This document shows positions 45,013 to 53,962 of a DNA stretch of 64,000 nt, piece by piece; the stretch's first letter is position 1, and every line of letters starts with the position of its first letter. Source of the stretch: Deltaproteobacteria bacterium. GTDB taxonomy: Bacteria > Myxococcota > JACPTQ01. The stretch lies in contig JACPTQ010000043.1 of the NCBI GenBank assembly GCA_016192705.1, forward strand, positions 65,437 to 129,436. The letters run 5' to 3'. The notes below the pieces were generated by a model that worked only from the letters and a program-made list of their open reading frames with translations, had not been told where the DNA came from and made no database searches. Both the position numbers and the translations under genes were made by a program.

Positions 45013-46283
45013 GATCGAAGCTCCTCGACGTGGTGACGGAACTGATTTCCGCGATCTTCGAAGTCGACAAACTGATCGTAGCTTGCGCACCCCGGCGAAA
45101 GGAGGACGACGTCGCCGGGTTTTGCGATGTTGAGTGCGCGCGACACAGCGTTTTTGAGGTCGCCACACAGTTCGCCCACGACCGAACGCGCAATGAGGGG
45201 CGCCGCTTCACCGATGAAAAGCGCGGTACGCAGGGGATGTTTTGTAACGTGCGCACCGACCCGGGACCAGTCGCCACCTTTGTCGCGGCCGCCGGCGATC
45301 CAAACGATCGGCGTGGAGAAACTCGCGAGGCTCCGCACAACGGCATCAACGGTGGTTGCCTTAGAGTCGTTGTAGAAACGAACGCCACGCCACTCGCGGA
45401 CAAGCTCGAGCCGATGAGCAAGACCCGGAAACGAATCGATCGTTTGTTGGACCGCGCTTGGCTGCGCGCCCGCGAGGAGCGCGAGCTCGGTCGCCATCGC
45501 GATGTTAAACAGGTTGTGCGCGCCGGGGATCTTTCGCTTCGTCGCGTCAAAACGATTCCCCGCGCACCCAAAAACTTCATCACCTGGGCCACGAAAACGT
45601 TTCCGACTTACACCGACGGGCGGTTCCATTGCCGCGAGGCGCGCGTCGGCTTCGTTCAAGATGACGACGTCACCCACGCCCTGTCGCGCGAAAATACGCG
45701 CCTTGGCCGCGACGTATTCGTCCATGTCGGCGTGGCGGTCGAGGTGGTTTTCCGAGATGTTGAGAATCGCCGCAATGTCGGGACGGAACGCGTCGACCGT
45801 CTCAAGTTGAAAGCTCGACACCTCCACGACGAGCCAATCGAACGACCCGGTCGCCGACGACAGTGGCGTCCCGATGTTGCCACCCACAAACGCACGAATC
45901 CCAGACGCCGCAAGCATCTGCCCAACAAGCGCGACGGTTGTGCTTTTCCCAGCGGTCCCCGTGATGGCAATCGTCCGCGTCGCCAAATGCCGCCACGCGA
46001 ATTCAACTTCCGACCAGACCGGCCGTCCAAGCGCACGCGCACGCGCGAGAATCGCGTTTGTGATCGGCACACCCGGACTGACGATAACGAGATCTGCGTC
46101 GTCCGCGAGGCGAGCTGGATTTTCTCCGAGAACGAGCGCGCCCGCATAGCCTTCAATCGCCACGTCACGCCTCATGTCGGTCGCGGTGACACGCGCACCA
46201 AGCTTTTCCGCAAGATGGGCCGCGGCGATCCCGCTCCTCGCGAGCCCAACCACCAACACCCTCTTTCCGCGCACGTCCAACAT
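45009..46283 (-). CDS. murD: UDP-N-acetylmuramoylalanine--D-glutamate ligase
   Basis: Start trimmed to ATG 46283 (ATGA overlap with mraY). VVGLARSGIAAA and GTAGKSTT. Confidence 0.93.
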   Translation of the reverse strand: MLDVRGKRVLVVGLARSGIAAAHLAEKLGARVTATDMRRDVAIEGYAGALVLGENPARLADDADLVIVSPGVPITNAILARARALGRPVWSEVEFAWRHLATRTIAITGTAGKSTTVALVGQMLAASGIRAFVGGNIGTPLSSATGSFDWLVVEVSSFQLETVDAFRPDIAAILNISENHLDRHADMDEYVAAKARIFARQGVGDVVILNEADARLAAMEPPVGVSRKRFRGPGDEVFGCAGNRFDATKRKIPGAHNLFNIAMATELALLAGAQPSAVQQTIDSFPGLAHRLELVREWRGVRFYNDSKATTVDAVVRSLASFSTPIVWIAGGRDKGGDWSRVGAHVTKHPLRTALFIGEAAPLIARSVVGELCGDLKNAVSRALNIAKPGDVVLLSPGCASYDQFVDFEDRGNQFRHHVEELRS

Positions 46284-47404
46284 CACCTCAACTTCAACGA
46301 CGCAAGCGCCACGAGCGCGAGGATGATCGACACGATCCACGCGCGAACAATAATTTTCGGCTCGGCCCACCCTTTGAGTTCAAAATGATGGTGAAGCGGC
46401 GCCATCAAAAGGATCCGCCGCTTCTTCCACTTGTAGAACCCGACCTGCAAAATCACCGACATCGCCTCGGCCACGAAAACACCGCCGAGAATGACGAGGA
46501 GGAATTCGTTTTTCGTGATGACGGCGACGATGCCGAGCGCCGCGCCGAGCGAAAGCGAGCCAACGTCACCCATAAAAACTTGTGCGGGGTAGGTATTGTA
46601 CCAAAGGAACCCGATGCCGGCGCCCGCAACGGAACCGCAAAAGACCGACAGTTCGGACGCACCTTTGATGTGCGGGATCTTGAGATAGTCGGCGATGTTG
46701 AACGACGCCGGAAAGAGCCATTCGCCCTTGTCGGTGAGAACCGTGCCAGCGCCGTAGGCGAGCAAAATGAACGTGAGCGCGCAGATGATGACGGGGCCGA
46801 TGGCAAGTCCGTCGAGACCGTCGGTGAGGTTCACGGCGTTCGACGCACCAACGACGACGAACATGGCAAATGGGATGTACACGAATGCGATGTTGGGGCT
46901 GAAGATCGACTCTTTGAGAAACGGAAAGAAGAGGCGCGTGTCGTATTCGGCGAATTTGACGAGCGCGAAGGCGGCACCACCGGCGATGGCAAATTCGGCT
47001 AAGAGCCGAAAGCGCCCCGAAAGGCCGCGCGAATTTTTTTCGCGGATTTTACGATAATCGTCGATGAAGCCGACGATACCGAAACCCACCGTGACTGTGA
47101 GTGCGACCCAGACGAGCGGGTTTCGGAGATCGGCCCAAAGAAGAGTTGGAACAATGACAGCGAAGAGGACAAGGCTGCCCCCCATTGTTGGCGTGCCACT
47201 TTTTTTCTTGTGCGTTTCGGGGCCGTCGGCGCGAATCGTCTGTCCAATCTGCATCAATTGGAGTCGGCGAATGAACCACGGATAAAGAAAAAACGTGAGC
47301 GCCAGCGCCGAGAGAACCGCCATGATGACGCGAAACGTTGGATAGCGAACAACGTTGAGGAAGGGCAGCGACTCGTGGAGCGGATAGAGGAGGTGGAAGA
47401 GCAT
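46283..47404 (-). CDS. mraY: Phospho-N-acetylmuramoyl-pentapeptide transferase
   Basis: [23 protein letters not shown] and APLHHHFE. Confidence 0.97.
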   Translation of the reverse strand: MLFHLLYPLHESLPFLNVVRYPTFRVIMAVLSALALTFFLYPWFIRRLQLMQIGQTIRADGPETHKKKSGTPTMGGSLVLFAVIVPTLLWADLRNPLVWVALTVTVGFGIVGFIDDYRKIREKNSRGLSGRFRLLAEFAIAGGAAFALVKFAEYDTRLFFPFLKESIFSPNIAFVYIPFAMFVVVGASNAVNLTDGLDGLAIGPVIICALTFILLAYGAGTVLTDKGEWLFPASFNIADYLKIPHIKGASELSVFCGSVAGAGIGFLWYNTYPAQVFMGDVGSLSLGAALGIVAVITKNEFLLVILGGVFVAEAMSVILQVGFYKWKKRRILLMAPLHHHFELKGWAEPKIIVRAWIVSIILALVALASLKLR

Positions 47405-48823
47405 CTACGGCTCCTCCCGGCGCGCGTTCGACGTCAGCGCCTCGACGACACGCTCCATGCGAGAGCCACGCGAGCCCTTCACGAGAACCCAGTCGCTTTT
47501 TTTCAGGCGCGCCTTGAGTTCAACGATGAGTCCCTCGAGTGAGCGAAACGCAATCGCGTCGCGAAGGTCACAGGCGTAAGCGCCGTCGACAACATCGTCC
47601 GCGTGAGCGCCAACCGCGAAAAGCGCGTCGACGCGTGTTCGCGCGGCGGCGGCGCCGACCTCCACGTGAAACTCGGCTGCGCCTTCGCCGAGCTCCAACA
47701 TGTCCCCGAGCACCGCGTATCGTCGCCCGCTTCGACCAACATCGGCGAGCGTTTCGAGCGCGGCCACCATCGACCGCGGATTCGCGTTGTACGTGTCGTC
47801 CATGATGGTTCCGAAACGCGACGCGACAATGCGCATCCGCGCGCCCGGAACACGCGTTGCCGCAAGGCCACGAACGATCGCGGCATCGGGAATGTCGAGC
47901 GCCTTTGCAGCAGCGATGGCCGCAAGCGCGTTCGTGATGTTGTGCGCTCCCGCGATCGGTACGTCGACGACGATTTCCGATCCGAGGGCCATCACCTGCG
48001 CTCGGCTTCCCGTCGCGTCCGAGCGCTCGATCGCGACCAGCGCAACGTCGGCCGTTGCCGTCGTCCGAGAAAAGCGCAAAACACGCGCGGCGGTTGCTTT
48101 CGCTTCGGACTCCAAGAGTGGTTCGTCAGCGTTGACGATCGCGATCGCGTCGCCGCCAAGTGCGCGGTAAAGCTCGCCCTTCGCCCGCGCTACGTTCTCA
48201 ATCGTTTTGAGGCCAGCAAGATGAACGGGCGCAACGTTGGTCACAACCCCGATGCGCGGTCGGACCATGTCGGCCAGGTACGCAATTTCGCCGGGCGCAC
48301 TCATCGCAAGCTCCAACACGGCAGCCCGGTGATCCGCCGCGAGCCCAAACAGAGTGAGGGGTACGCCGACCCAGTTGTTTAAATTCCCGGCGGTGGCCAG
48401 CGCCGGGCTTGTCGTTTCGCCAGCACCGAGGATCGCCGCGATCATCTCTTTCGTTGTGGTCTTGCCCATCGACCCTGTAACAGCCACGACGGGGATGTCG
48501 AATTCTCGGCGCCATGCGCGAGCCAAATCGCCCAACGCGCGCAGGGTGTCGCCGACTTCAAAACAGACAAAGTTCTCGGTCGTCGAAGTGCCGCGCCCGC
48601 GCTCAACAACGGCGCCCCGCGCGCCAGCGACACGCGCCGCATCGACGAACGCGCTCCCGTCAAAATTTTCGCCACGAAGTGCGACAAAAAGATCGCCACG
48701 CGAGATGCGCCGCGAGTCGGTTGATACGCCCGTAAACTCGGCCCCGAGCACCGGTGACGGCGCGCGACCGCCTTCGCATTCCACGCCCAGCGCGCGCATG
48801 ACCCATGTGCCATCGAATTTCAA
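47405..48823 (-). CDS. murF: UDP-MurNAc-tripeptide--D-Ala-D-Ala ligase
   Basis: TDSRRISRGDLFVAL, GSMGKTTTKE and DTYNANP. Confidence 0.9.
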   Translation of the reverse strand: MKFDGTWVMRALGVECEGGRAPSPVLGAEFTGVSTDSRRISRGDLFVALRGENFDGSAFVDAARVAGARGAVVERGRGTSTTENFVCFEVGDTLRALGDLARAWRREFDIPVVAVTGSMGKTTTKEMIAAILGAGETTSPALATAGNLNNWVGVPLTLFGLAADHRAAVLELAMSAPGEIAYLADMVRPRIGVVTNVAPVHLAGLKTIENVARAKGELYRALGGDAIAIVNADEPLLESEAKATAARVLRFSRTTATADVALVAIERSDATGSRAQVMALGSEIVVDVPIAGAHNITNALAAIAAAKALDIPDAAIVRGLAATRVPGARMRIVASRFGTIMDDTYNANPRSMVAALETLADVGRSGRRYAVLGDMLELGEGAAEFHVEVGAAAARTRVDALFAVGAHADDVVDGAYACDLRDAIAFRSLEGLIVELKARLKKSDWVLVKGSRGSRMERVVEALTSNARREEP

Positions 48824-50322
48824 ATCGTTCCCCCAAAGGCCGCCCGTGCTTCTTCCCGATCGTCGAAATGAGTCCTTTCCGCACCGACGATTTGGTAATC
48901 CTCGTGACCCTTGCCCGCGATGAGCACCACATCGCCCGGTCGCGCCGCACGCGCCACGAGCCGGATCGCCGCACGCCGATCGACCTCGGTCGTGTATCCA
49001 GCGATGGCCGAGTCTTTCACAAAGGCGTCGGCGTCCAACGCTGGCCGCCCCACACTTTCAACGCCCGGCACGATTTCCGAGATGATGGCCGCCGGCTCTT
49101 CCGTCCGCGGGTTGTCGCTCGTCACGACAACAAGGTCCGCGAGCTCCATCGCCGCGCGCCCCATCAGTGGACGTTTCAACCGGTCTCGATCGCCCCCACA
49201 CCCAAAGACGACGATAAGGCGCCGTCGCGTTGTGGGTCGCAGCGCCGCGAGCACGCTTCGAAGCGCGTTTTCCGTGTGGGCGTAATCGACGAGCACCGTC
49301 ACATCGCGGGTGTTTTCGATACGCTCGAGTCGCCCAGGCACGCCGCGAAGCCGCTCGATCCCATGGCGAATCTGATCGAGCGACAACTCCAGTGCAACCC
49401 CAACCCCGACCGCAAGCGCGATGTTCTGCAAGTTGAATTCACCCATCAGGTGCGACCGCAGGCGCACGAGTCCACGCGGTGTCTGGATTTCCGCGCGCAG
49501 ACCCTCGCCACCAAACAACGACCGAACCACAACGACGTCCGCCGCTCGATCGCGCAAACTGACGCGAATCAGGCGGGCCAGCGTTCCACGCACAACTTCA
49601 GCCGCGCGCGCGTCATCGGCGTTCACAACCGCGACACCCGACTCATCCAGATGTTCAAGGAAGAGCCGCCGTTTCGCCGCGATGTAGCGGCTCTGATCGC
49701 CGTGGTAATCGAGATGGTCGTGCGCAAGGTTCGTGAAGGCGCCAACGCGAAACAAGAGCGGCACCACGCGCGCCTGTTCAAGCGCGTGCGACGAAACCTC
49801 CATTGCAACGTGCGTCGTGCCGGCCGACGCCATCTCGCGAAGCAGCGATTGCAACGTCACCGGTTCTGGCGTCGTGTGCGGCGCGGCCACGACCGTGTCG
49901 CCGTACCGATAGTTGACGGTTCCGATCACGCCCGCTCGCCCGGTCTCTGGCCCGATGAGCGATTCGACGAGGTACGTCAGCGTCGTTTTGCCCTTTGTTC
50001 CCGTAATGCCGACGAGCGTCAATTCGTCACCGGGGCGCCCAAACGCGTTCGCCGCGATGACGCCGAGCGCGCGCCTTGAGTCGCGAACCTCGGCCCATCG
50101 TTCCCACGCCACCCCGGGCGGAGCCGGCGTTTCCGCGACAACGAGCCTCGCCCCGGCCGCGAGCGCAGCCTCCGCGAATTGATGACCATCAAACTTCTCG
50201 CCACGAAGCGCGACAAACAACGCACCGGCCGTCACCTTTCGCGAGTCGGTTACAACGTCGGCCACATCACCGTCTGCGAGCGGGCCTTTGACTCCCTCAA
50301 CACCTTCCAACAACTGCAACAC
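48820..50322 (-). CDS. murE: UDP-MurNAc-L-Ala-D-Glu--2,6-diaminopimelate ligase
   Basis: Start trimmed to GTG 50322, just after the ftsI stop at 50334. TDSRKVTAGALFVAL, GITGTKGKTT and DYAHTENAL. The exact start is uncertain. Confidence 0.88.
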   Translation of the reverse strand: MLQLLEGVEGVKGPLADGDVADVVTDSRKVTAGALFVALRGEKFDGHQFAEAALAAGARLVVAETPAPPGVAWERWAEVRDSRRALGVIAANAFGRPGDELTLVGITGTKGKTTLTYLVESLIGPETGRAGVIGTVNYRYGDTVVAAPHTTPEPVTLQSLLREMASAGTTHVAMEVSSHALEQARVVPLLFRVGAFTNLAHDHLDYHGDQSRYIAAKRRLFLEHLDESGVAVVNADDARAAEVVRGTLARLIRVSLRDRAADVVVVRSLFGGEGLRAEIQTPRGLVRLRSHLMGEFNLQNIALAVGVGVALELSLDQIRHGIERLRGVPGRLERIENTRDVTVLVDYAHTENALRSVLAALRPTTRRRLIVVFGCGGDRDRLKRPLMGRAAMELADLVVVTSDNPRTEEPAAIISEIVPGVESVGRPALDADAFVKDSAIAGYTTEVDRRAAIRLVARAARPGDVVLIAGKGHEDYQIVGAERTHFDDREEARAAFGGTI

Positions 50323-50333
50323 CCGCGATGCTC

Positions 50334-52028
50334 TCAATCCCCACCTCCCGGCACGACGGGCACCGCCAACACGCGCGCCGCAACCTCGACGATCTTCGCG
50401 AACACAGGCGCCGCAACGACTCCGCCGTACGGCGACTTCTGCGGCTCGTCGAGCCAAATCCCCACAACGAGTTTGGGCTCCACGACGGGCGCGAAACCGA
50501 CGAACGACGCGATTCGTCCGTCTGACGAATATCCGCCCTCGGGGTCCGGCTTTTGCGACGTGCCCGTCTTCCCAGCGACCGGCACTCCCCGCACGCGCGC
50601 CGCGGGCGCGGTACCACCCTGTTCCACGACGCGCGCCAGAAGCCGGCGCAGCTCGCGCGCCACGTCGGCCGACAAGACGCGTCGCACCACGCGTCGCGAC
50701 GAGGCCCAAAGCCGCTCGCCCGCCGCAGAATCGATGCGCGCAACAATCTGTGGCGTCAGCAATTCGCCGCCATTCGCGATCGCCGAAAACGCCATCATGA
50801 GTTGCACCGGCGTCGCGGAAATCCCCTGGCCAAACGACGCCGTCGCAAGCCCAAACTCACCCCAATCGCGCGCCGCTCGCAGCGATCCCGCGACTTCTCC
50901 CGGAAGATCGACGTCCGTCGCGGCTCCAAATCCGAACGCCGCGAGTCCCGAAACGAAACGCTCGGCACCCATCCGACGGCCGAGCTTCGCGGCTCCGATG
51001 TTGCTCGACAGCTTGAGCACATCCGCCCACGTCAGCCATCCGAAACGATGATCGTCTCGCACGACACCACCCGAGAGCGGCATCTCGCCGCGCTCGCAAA
51101 AAACCGTCTCGCGAACATCAAGACCCGTCGACAGCGCCAACCCGAACAGCAACGCCTTCAACGTCGAACCCGGTTCGATCGGCGTTTGAACCGCCGCGAT
51201 CCGCGTCCCACCCGGCATCGCCGACCGCTCGGCCAACGCCAAAATCGCACCCGACCCCGGGTCGACCACGATGGCAATTCCACCCTTCGCCGTCGCGGCC
51301 TTCACGCCTTCTCGCAGCGCCTCCTCCGCCGCGAACTGAATCTCGCCGTCGATCGTAAGCGTCACGTCGCTCCCCGCCGCAATCGCCGGCGCACGCGCGT
51401 CACCCACCCGCGAGGCCATCGGCGTTCCCCGTGCGTCCCGCAGCACCGCCGCCCTCACACGCTTCCCGCGCAACTCGGGATCAAACCGTTGCTCGATTCC
51501 ACTCGCGCCCACTCCATCGACGGTGACCGAACCGATGACCGCATCCGCAAAGCCCGCCCGCGTGACCGCTCGCCGCGCCTCCGAGGCCGTGCCAACCCCG
51601 CGCAGACGCAACGCGCGAACGCGCGCCCCCTCGGCCAGACTCGTGAATCGCTTCACCCAAACAAACGACCGCGGCGACACGAGCCGCCCCAAAACCTCTT
51701 CCGCGGGCAGGCCAAGGGTCTGCGCCAATAAACCCGCGGTCGCTTCACGATCCCCCACGTCGAATGGACGAATGAAAACGGAATCCGATTCAACGCTCAC
51801 GGCCAACGAGTTGCCCTGCCGATCGCGAATCGCCCCGCGGCGATCGTCCCACGTTACGACTCCCGCCGACTGTGTTTCACCGAGCTCGCGGAGCGCCGGC
51901 TCAAACGCGGCGAGCGTCGTCGCGCGCGCCACAAGGGCAATCCAGCAGCCGCCAAAGACGATCGCGTGAACCACGACGATCCGAATGCGCATCCCGCGCG
52001 AACCAGGAAACGCGCTTGGCGTTACCAT
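50334..52028 (-). CDS. ftsI: Class B penicillin-binding protein (FtsI/PBP3-like transpeptidase)
   Basis: SxxK (GSTLK), SSN and KTGT motifs. I propose the start at ATG 52028, overlapping the ftsL stop. The alternative ATG is 51992. Confidence 0.9.
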   Translation of the reverse strand: MVTPSAFPGSRGMRIRIVVVHAIVFGGCWIALVARATTLAAFEPALRELGETQSAGVVTWDDRRGAIRDRQGNSLAVSVESDSVFIRPFDVGDREATAGLLAQTLGLPAEEVLGRLVSPRSFVWVKRFTSLAEGARVRALRLRGVGTASEARRAVTRAGFADAVIGSVTVDGVGASGIEQRFDPELRGKRVRAAVLRDARGTPMASRVGDARAPAIAAGSDVTLTIDGEIQFAAEEALREGVKAATAKGGIAIVVDPGSGAILALAERSAMPGGTRIAAVQTPIEPGSTLKALLFGLALSTGLDVRETVFCERGEMPLSGGVVRDDHRFGWLTWADVLKLSSNIGAAKLGRRMGAERFVSGLAAFGFGAATDVDLPGEVAGSLRAARDWGEFGLATASFGQGISATPVQLMMAFSAIANGGELLTPQIVARIDSAAGERLWASSRRVVRRVLSADVARELRRLLARVVEQGGTAPAARVRGVPVAGKTGTSQKPDPEGGYSSDGRIASFVGFAPVVEPKLVVGIWLDEPQKSPYGGVVAAPVFAKIVEVAARVLAVPVVPGGGD

Positions 52029-52429
52029 GGCCACCGATCCGCCCGGCCGAGGTTCGGCCATTTCACCCACTGGTCCACATCCGCCCACAGCAGCGTCGAT
52101 CGCGTCGCCGCCTCGACCGCGAGCCGAGCCGGTGAGCGCAGCGAGGCCCTCTCGACGACCAAGTGCCGACGCTCTTCGAGAAGTCGCTCCGCGGATCGCT
52201 CTTCGGCGGCAAGGTCGTACGAAGCGCGCACAAAATCGAGGCGTGCCGCAACCAAGAGTAATGTAAGCCCCACGATCGCAATGAATCCCACGGCTACGAT
52301 TCGCCCCATTCGCGACGGCGCCAGAGCCGCGTTCTGGAGTTCCGTCGAACTCCCGACCGCCGAACCCGAAGGGCTCACCGCTGCGCCCACCGCGTAATTC
52401 GCAACCGGGTTTGACGCGTTCTCGGTCAC
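52022..52429 (-). CDS. ftsL: FtsL-like small bitopic division protein
   Basis: Located between rsmH and ftsI. A single TM segment (IVAVGFIAIVGLTLLLVAA) is followed by a helical segment. The GTG 52429 start overlaps the rsmH stop (GTGA). The call rests on position and topology only. Confidence 0.5.
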   Translation of the reverse strand: MTENASNPVANYAVGAAVSPSGSAVGSSTELQNAALAPSRMGRIVAVGFIAIVGLTLLLVAARLDFVRASYDLAAEERSAERLLEERRHLVVERASLRSPARLAVEAATRSTLLWADVDQWVKWPNLGRADRWPW

Positions 52430-53322
52430 GAGACCCCCGTTCGCGCAATCGCCCGAAGCCGCGCCGACCGCGCCCGTCGATTGTGCCGCGTTTCGTCGGG
52501 ACCGGGACGCACGACCTTCTTCGACAGCAGCTCCCAATCACCCCCTTGCGCCAACCGGCGGAACGCCTCCTTGACCGGCCGATCTTCAAGCGAGTGGTAC
52601 GCGATGATCGCAACGCGCCCACCGGGACTCACCCAGTCGGCCATCTTCTCAAGAAACAGGTGCAACTCGTCGAGCTCCCGGTTGACGGCAATTCGGATCG
52701 CTTGAAAAAGACGCGTACCCGGGTGATGCGTCCGCGACCCGCGCATGGTTGCGCGCGCGATGTCGGCCAAGTCCCGCGTTGTGTTGAGCGTCTTTCGCCG
52801 AATCGCATCGCGAATCGCCCGCACGACGCGCGCCGGACGCCGCTCCTCGGCGAACGTCACAAGTGCGTCCGCAAGCACACGATCGTCGACCCGCTCGAGC
52901 CACGCACGCGCCGATTCACCGAGGGCGCGATCAAATCGCATATCGAGCGGAGCCTCGCGCGAAAACGAAAAGCCACGCGTCGCATCGTCGAGGTGAACCG
53001 AACAAACGCCGAGATCGAGGAGAATTCCGTCTACATTGCGCCACGACACTTTCATGAGCGCACGCCCGATTTCCGCATAGCTCCCGTGCCAAACGACCGC
53101 GCGGTCCCCAAACCCGGCGAGGTTCGCGCGCGCCAACGGAAGCAGCTCCGCATCACGATCGACACCCAGCACGCGACCATCCGGTGCCGACGCCTCAAGC
53201 ACCGCCCGCGCGTGCCCGCCCAGCCCGAGCGTGCCGTCGACGTAGCGTCCGCCCGGCCGCACCGCAAGCGCCCACAAGCACTCGCGAACGAGCACCGGTT
53301 CGTGGCCCCGCGCCTCGATCAC
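52426..53322 (-). CDS. rsmH: 16S rRNA (cytosine1402-N4)-methyltransferase
   Basis: HEPVLVRE, DGTLGLGGHA and SLEDR. Start trimmed to GTG 53322 (GTGA overlap with mraZ). Confidence 0.93.
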   Translation of the reverse strand: MIEARGHEPVLVRECLWALAVRPGGRYVDGTLGLGGHARAVLEASAPDGRVLGVDRDAELLPLARANLAGFGDRAVVWHGSYAEIGRALMKVSWRNVDGILLDLGVCSVHLDDATRGFSFSREAPLDMRFDRALGESARAWLERVDDRVLADALVTFAEERRPARVVRAIRDAIRRKTLNTTRDLADIARATMRGSRTHHPGTRLFQAIRIAVNRELDELHLFLEKMADWVSPGGRVAIIAYHSLEDRPVKEAFRRLAQGGDWELLSKKVVRPGPDETRHNRRARSARLRAIARTGVS

Positions 53323-53774
53323 AGCCCGAGCCCCGCCAATCCTTTGGGGTTGCGTTTCAATGTGCGCGCAGACGCTTCCCACTCGCGTCCCCAGCGCGCC
53401 TTCGACCAGATCTCGATGCAATTCACTTGGCCCGTCCAAATGGCGACCTTGTCGAGCTCTGCGTACTCGCGAAGCGCGGGCGGCAAAATAATTCGCCCGA
53501 GTTTGTCAAATGGACACTCAATGGCGTTGGCGATCAGGAAGCGCTTGAGCGCAATCACGTTGCGGTCGTAACGCGGAAGCGCCGCGACTTTCTCTTCAAA
53601 CGCCTGCCACTCCGCAAACGGATACGCCACGAGGCACGTGTCAAAGTTCGTTGTGACGATCAGCCGCTCGTCGTAACTCGCGACAAGGATCTCGCGAAAC
53701 TTCGCGGGGAGGCTCGTTCGCCCCTTGTCATCGATCGTGTGCTCGTAGCGACCGCGGAACAAACTTCCTCCCAC
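53319..53774 (-). CDS. mraZ: Transcriptional regulator MraZ
   Basis: Two SpoVT/AbrB-like halves (DDKGRTSLPAKFRE and DKLGRIILPPALRE). It is the first gene of the dcw cluster. Confidence 0.93.
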   Translation of the reverse strand: MGGSLFRGRYEHTIDDKGRTSLPAKFREILVASYDERLIVTTNFDTCLVAYPFAEWQAFEEKVAALPRYDRNVIALKRFLIANAIECPFDKLGRIILPPALREYAELDKVAIWTGQVNCIEIWSKARWGREWEASARTLKRNPKGLAGLGL

Positions 53775-53808
53775 CTGCCATGATCCACATAATTCCTTTT
53801 TATTCCAC
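53770..53808 (-). promoter_or_regulatory. Three GTGGR boxes between the putative -10 and the mraZ start; candidate MraZ operator
   Basis: Minus-strand GTGGA at 53808-53804 and 53788-53784, and GTGGG at 53774-53770. MraZ proteins in other bacteria bind short repeated GTGG/TGGG boxes. Confidence 0.3.
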
Positions 53809-53818
53809 TTCTAGGGAA

Positions 53819-53848
53819 AATATACCGCTTCCGGCAGTCAAAAGTCAA
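53819..53848 (-). promoter_or_regulatory. Candidate sigma-70 promoter of the dcw cluster (TTGACT, 18 nt spacer, TATATT)
   Basis: Minus-strand hexamers are at 53848-53843 and 53824-53819, in an AT-rich patch. TTGACT is duplicated (TTGACTTTTGACT). Confidence 0.35.
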
Positions 53849-53962
53849 TCCGGGAAATCGTCCCTTTTCCCAAAATTTCACGGGTTTAACGGGTGATCGT
53901 GAGACTTCGCGTTTCACACGCGCGTTTGTTACGATCGGGCTACCTTCGAGGGTCGAGCGTCG

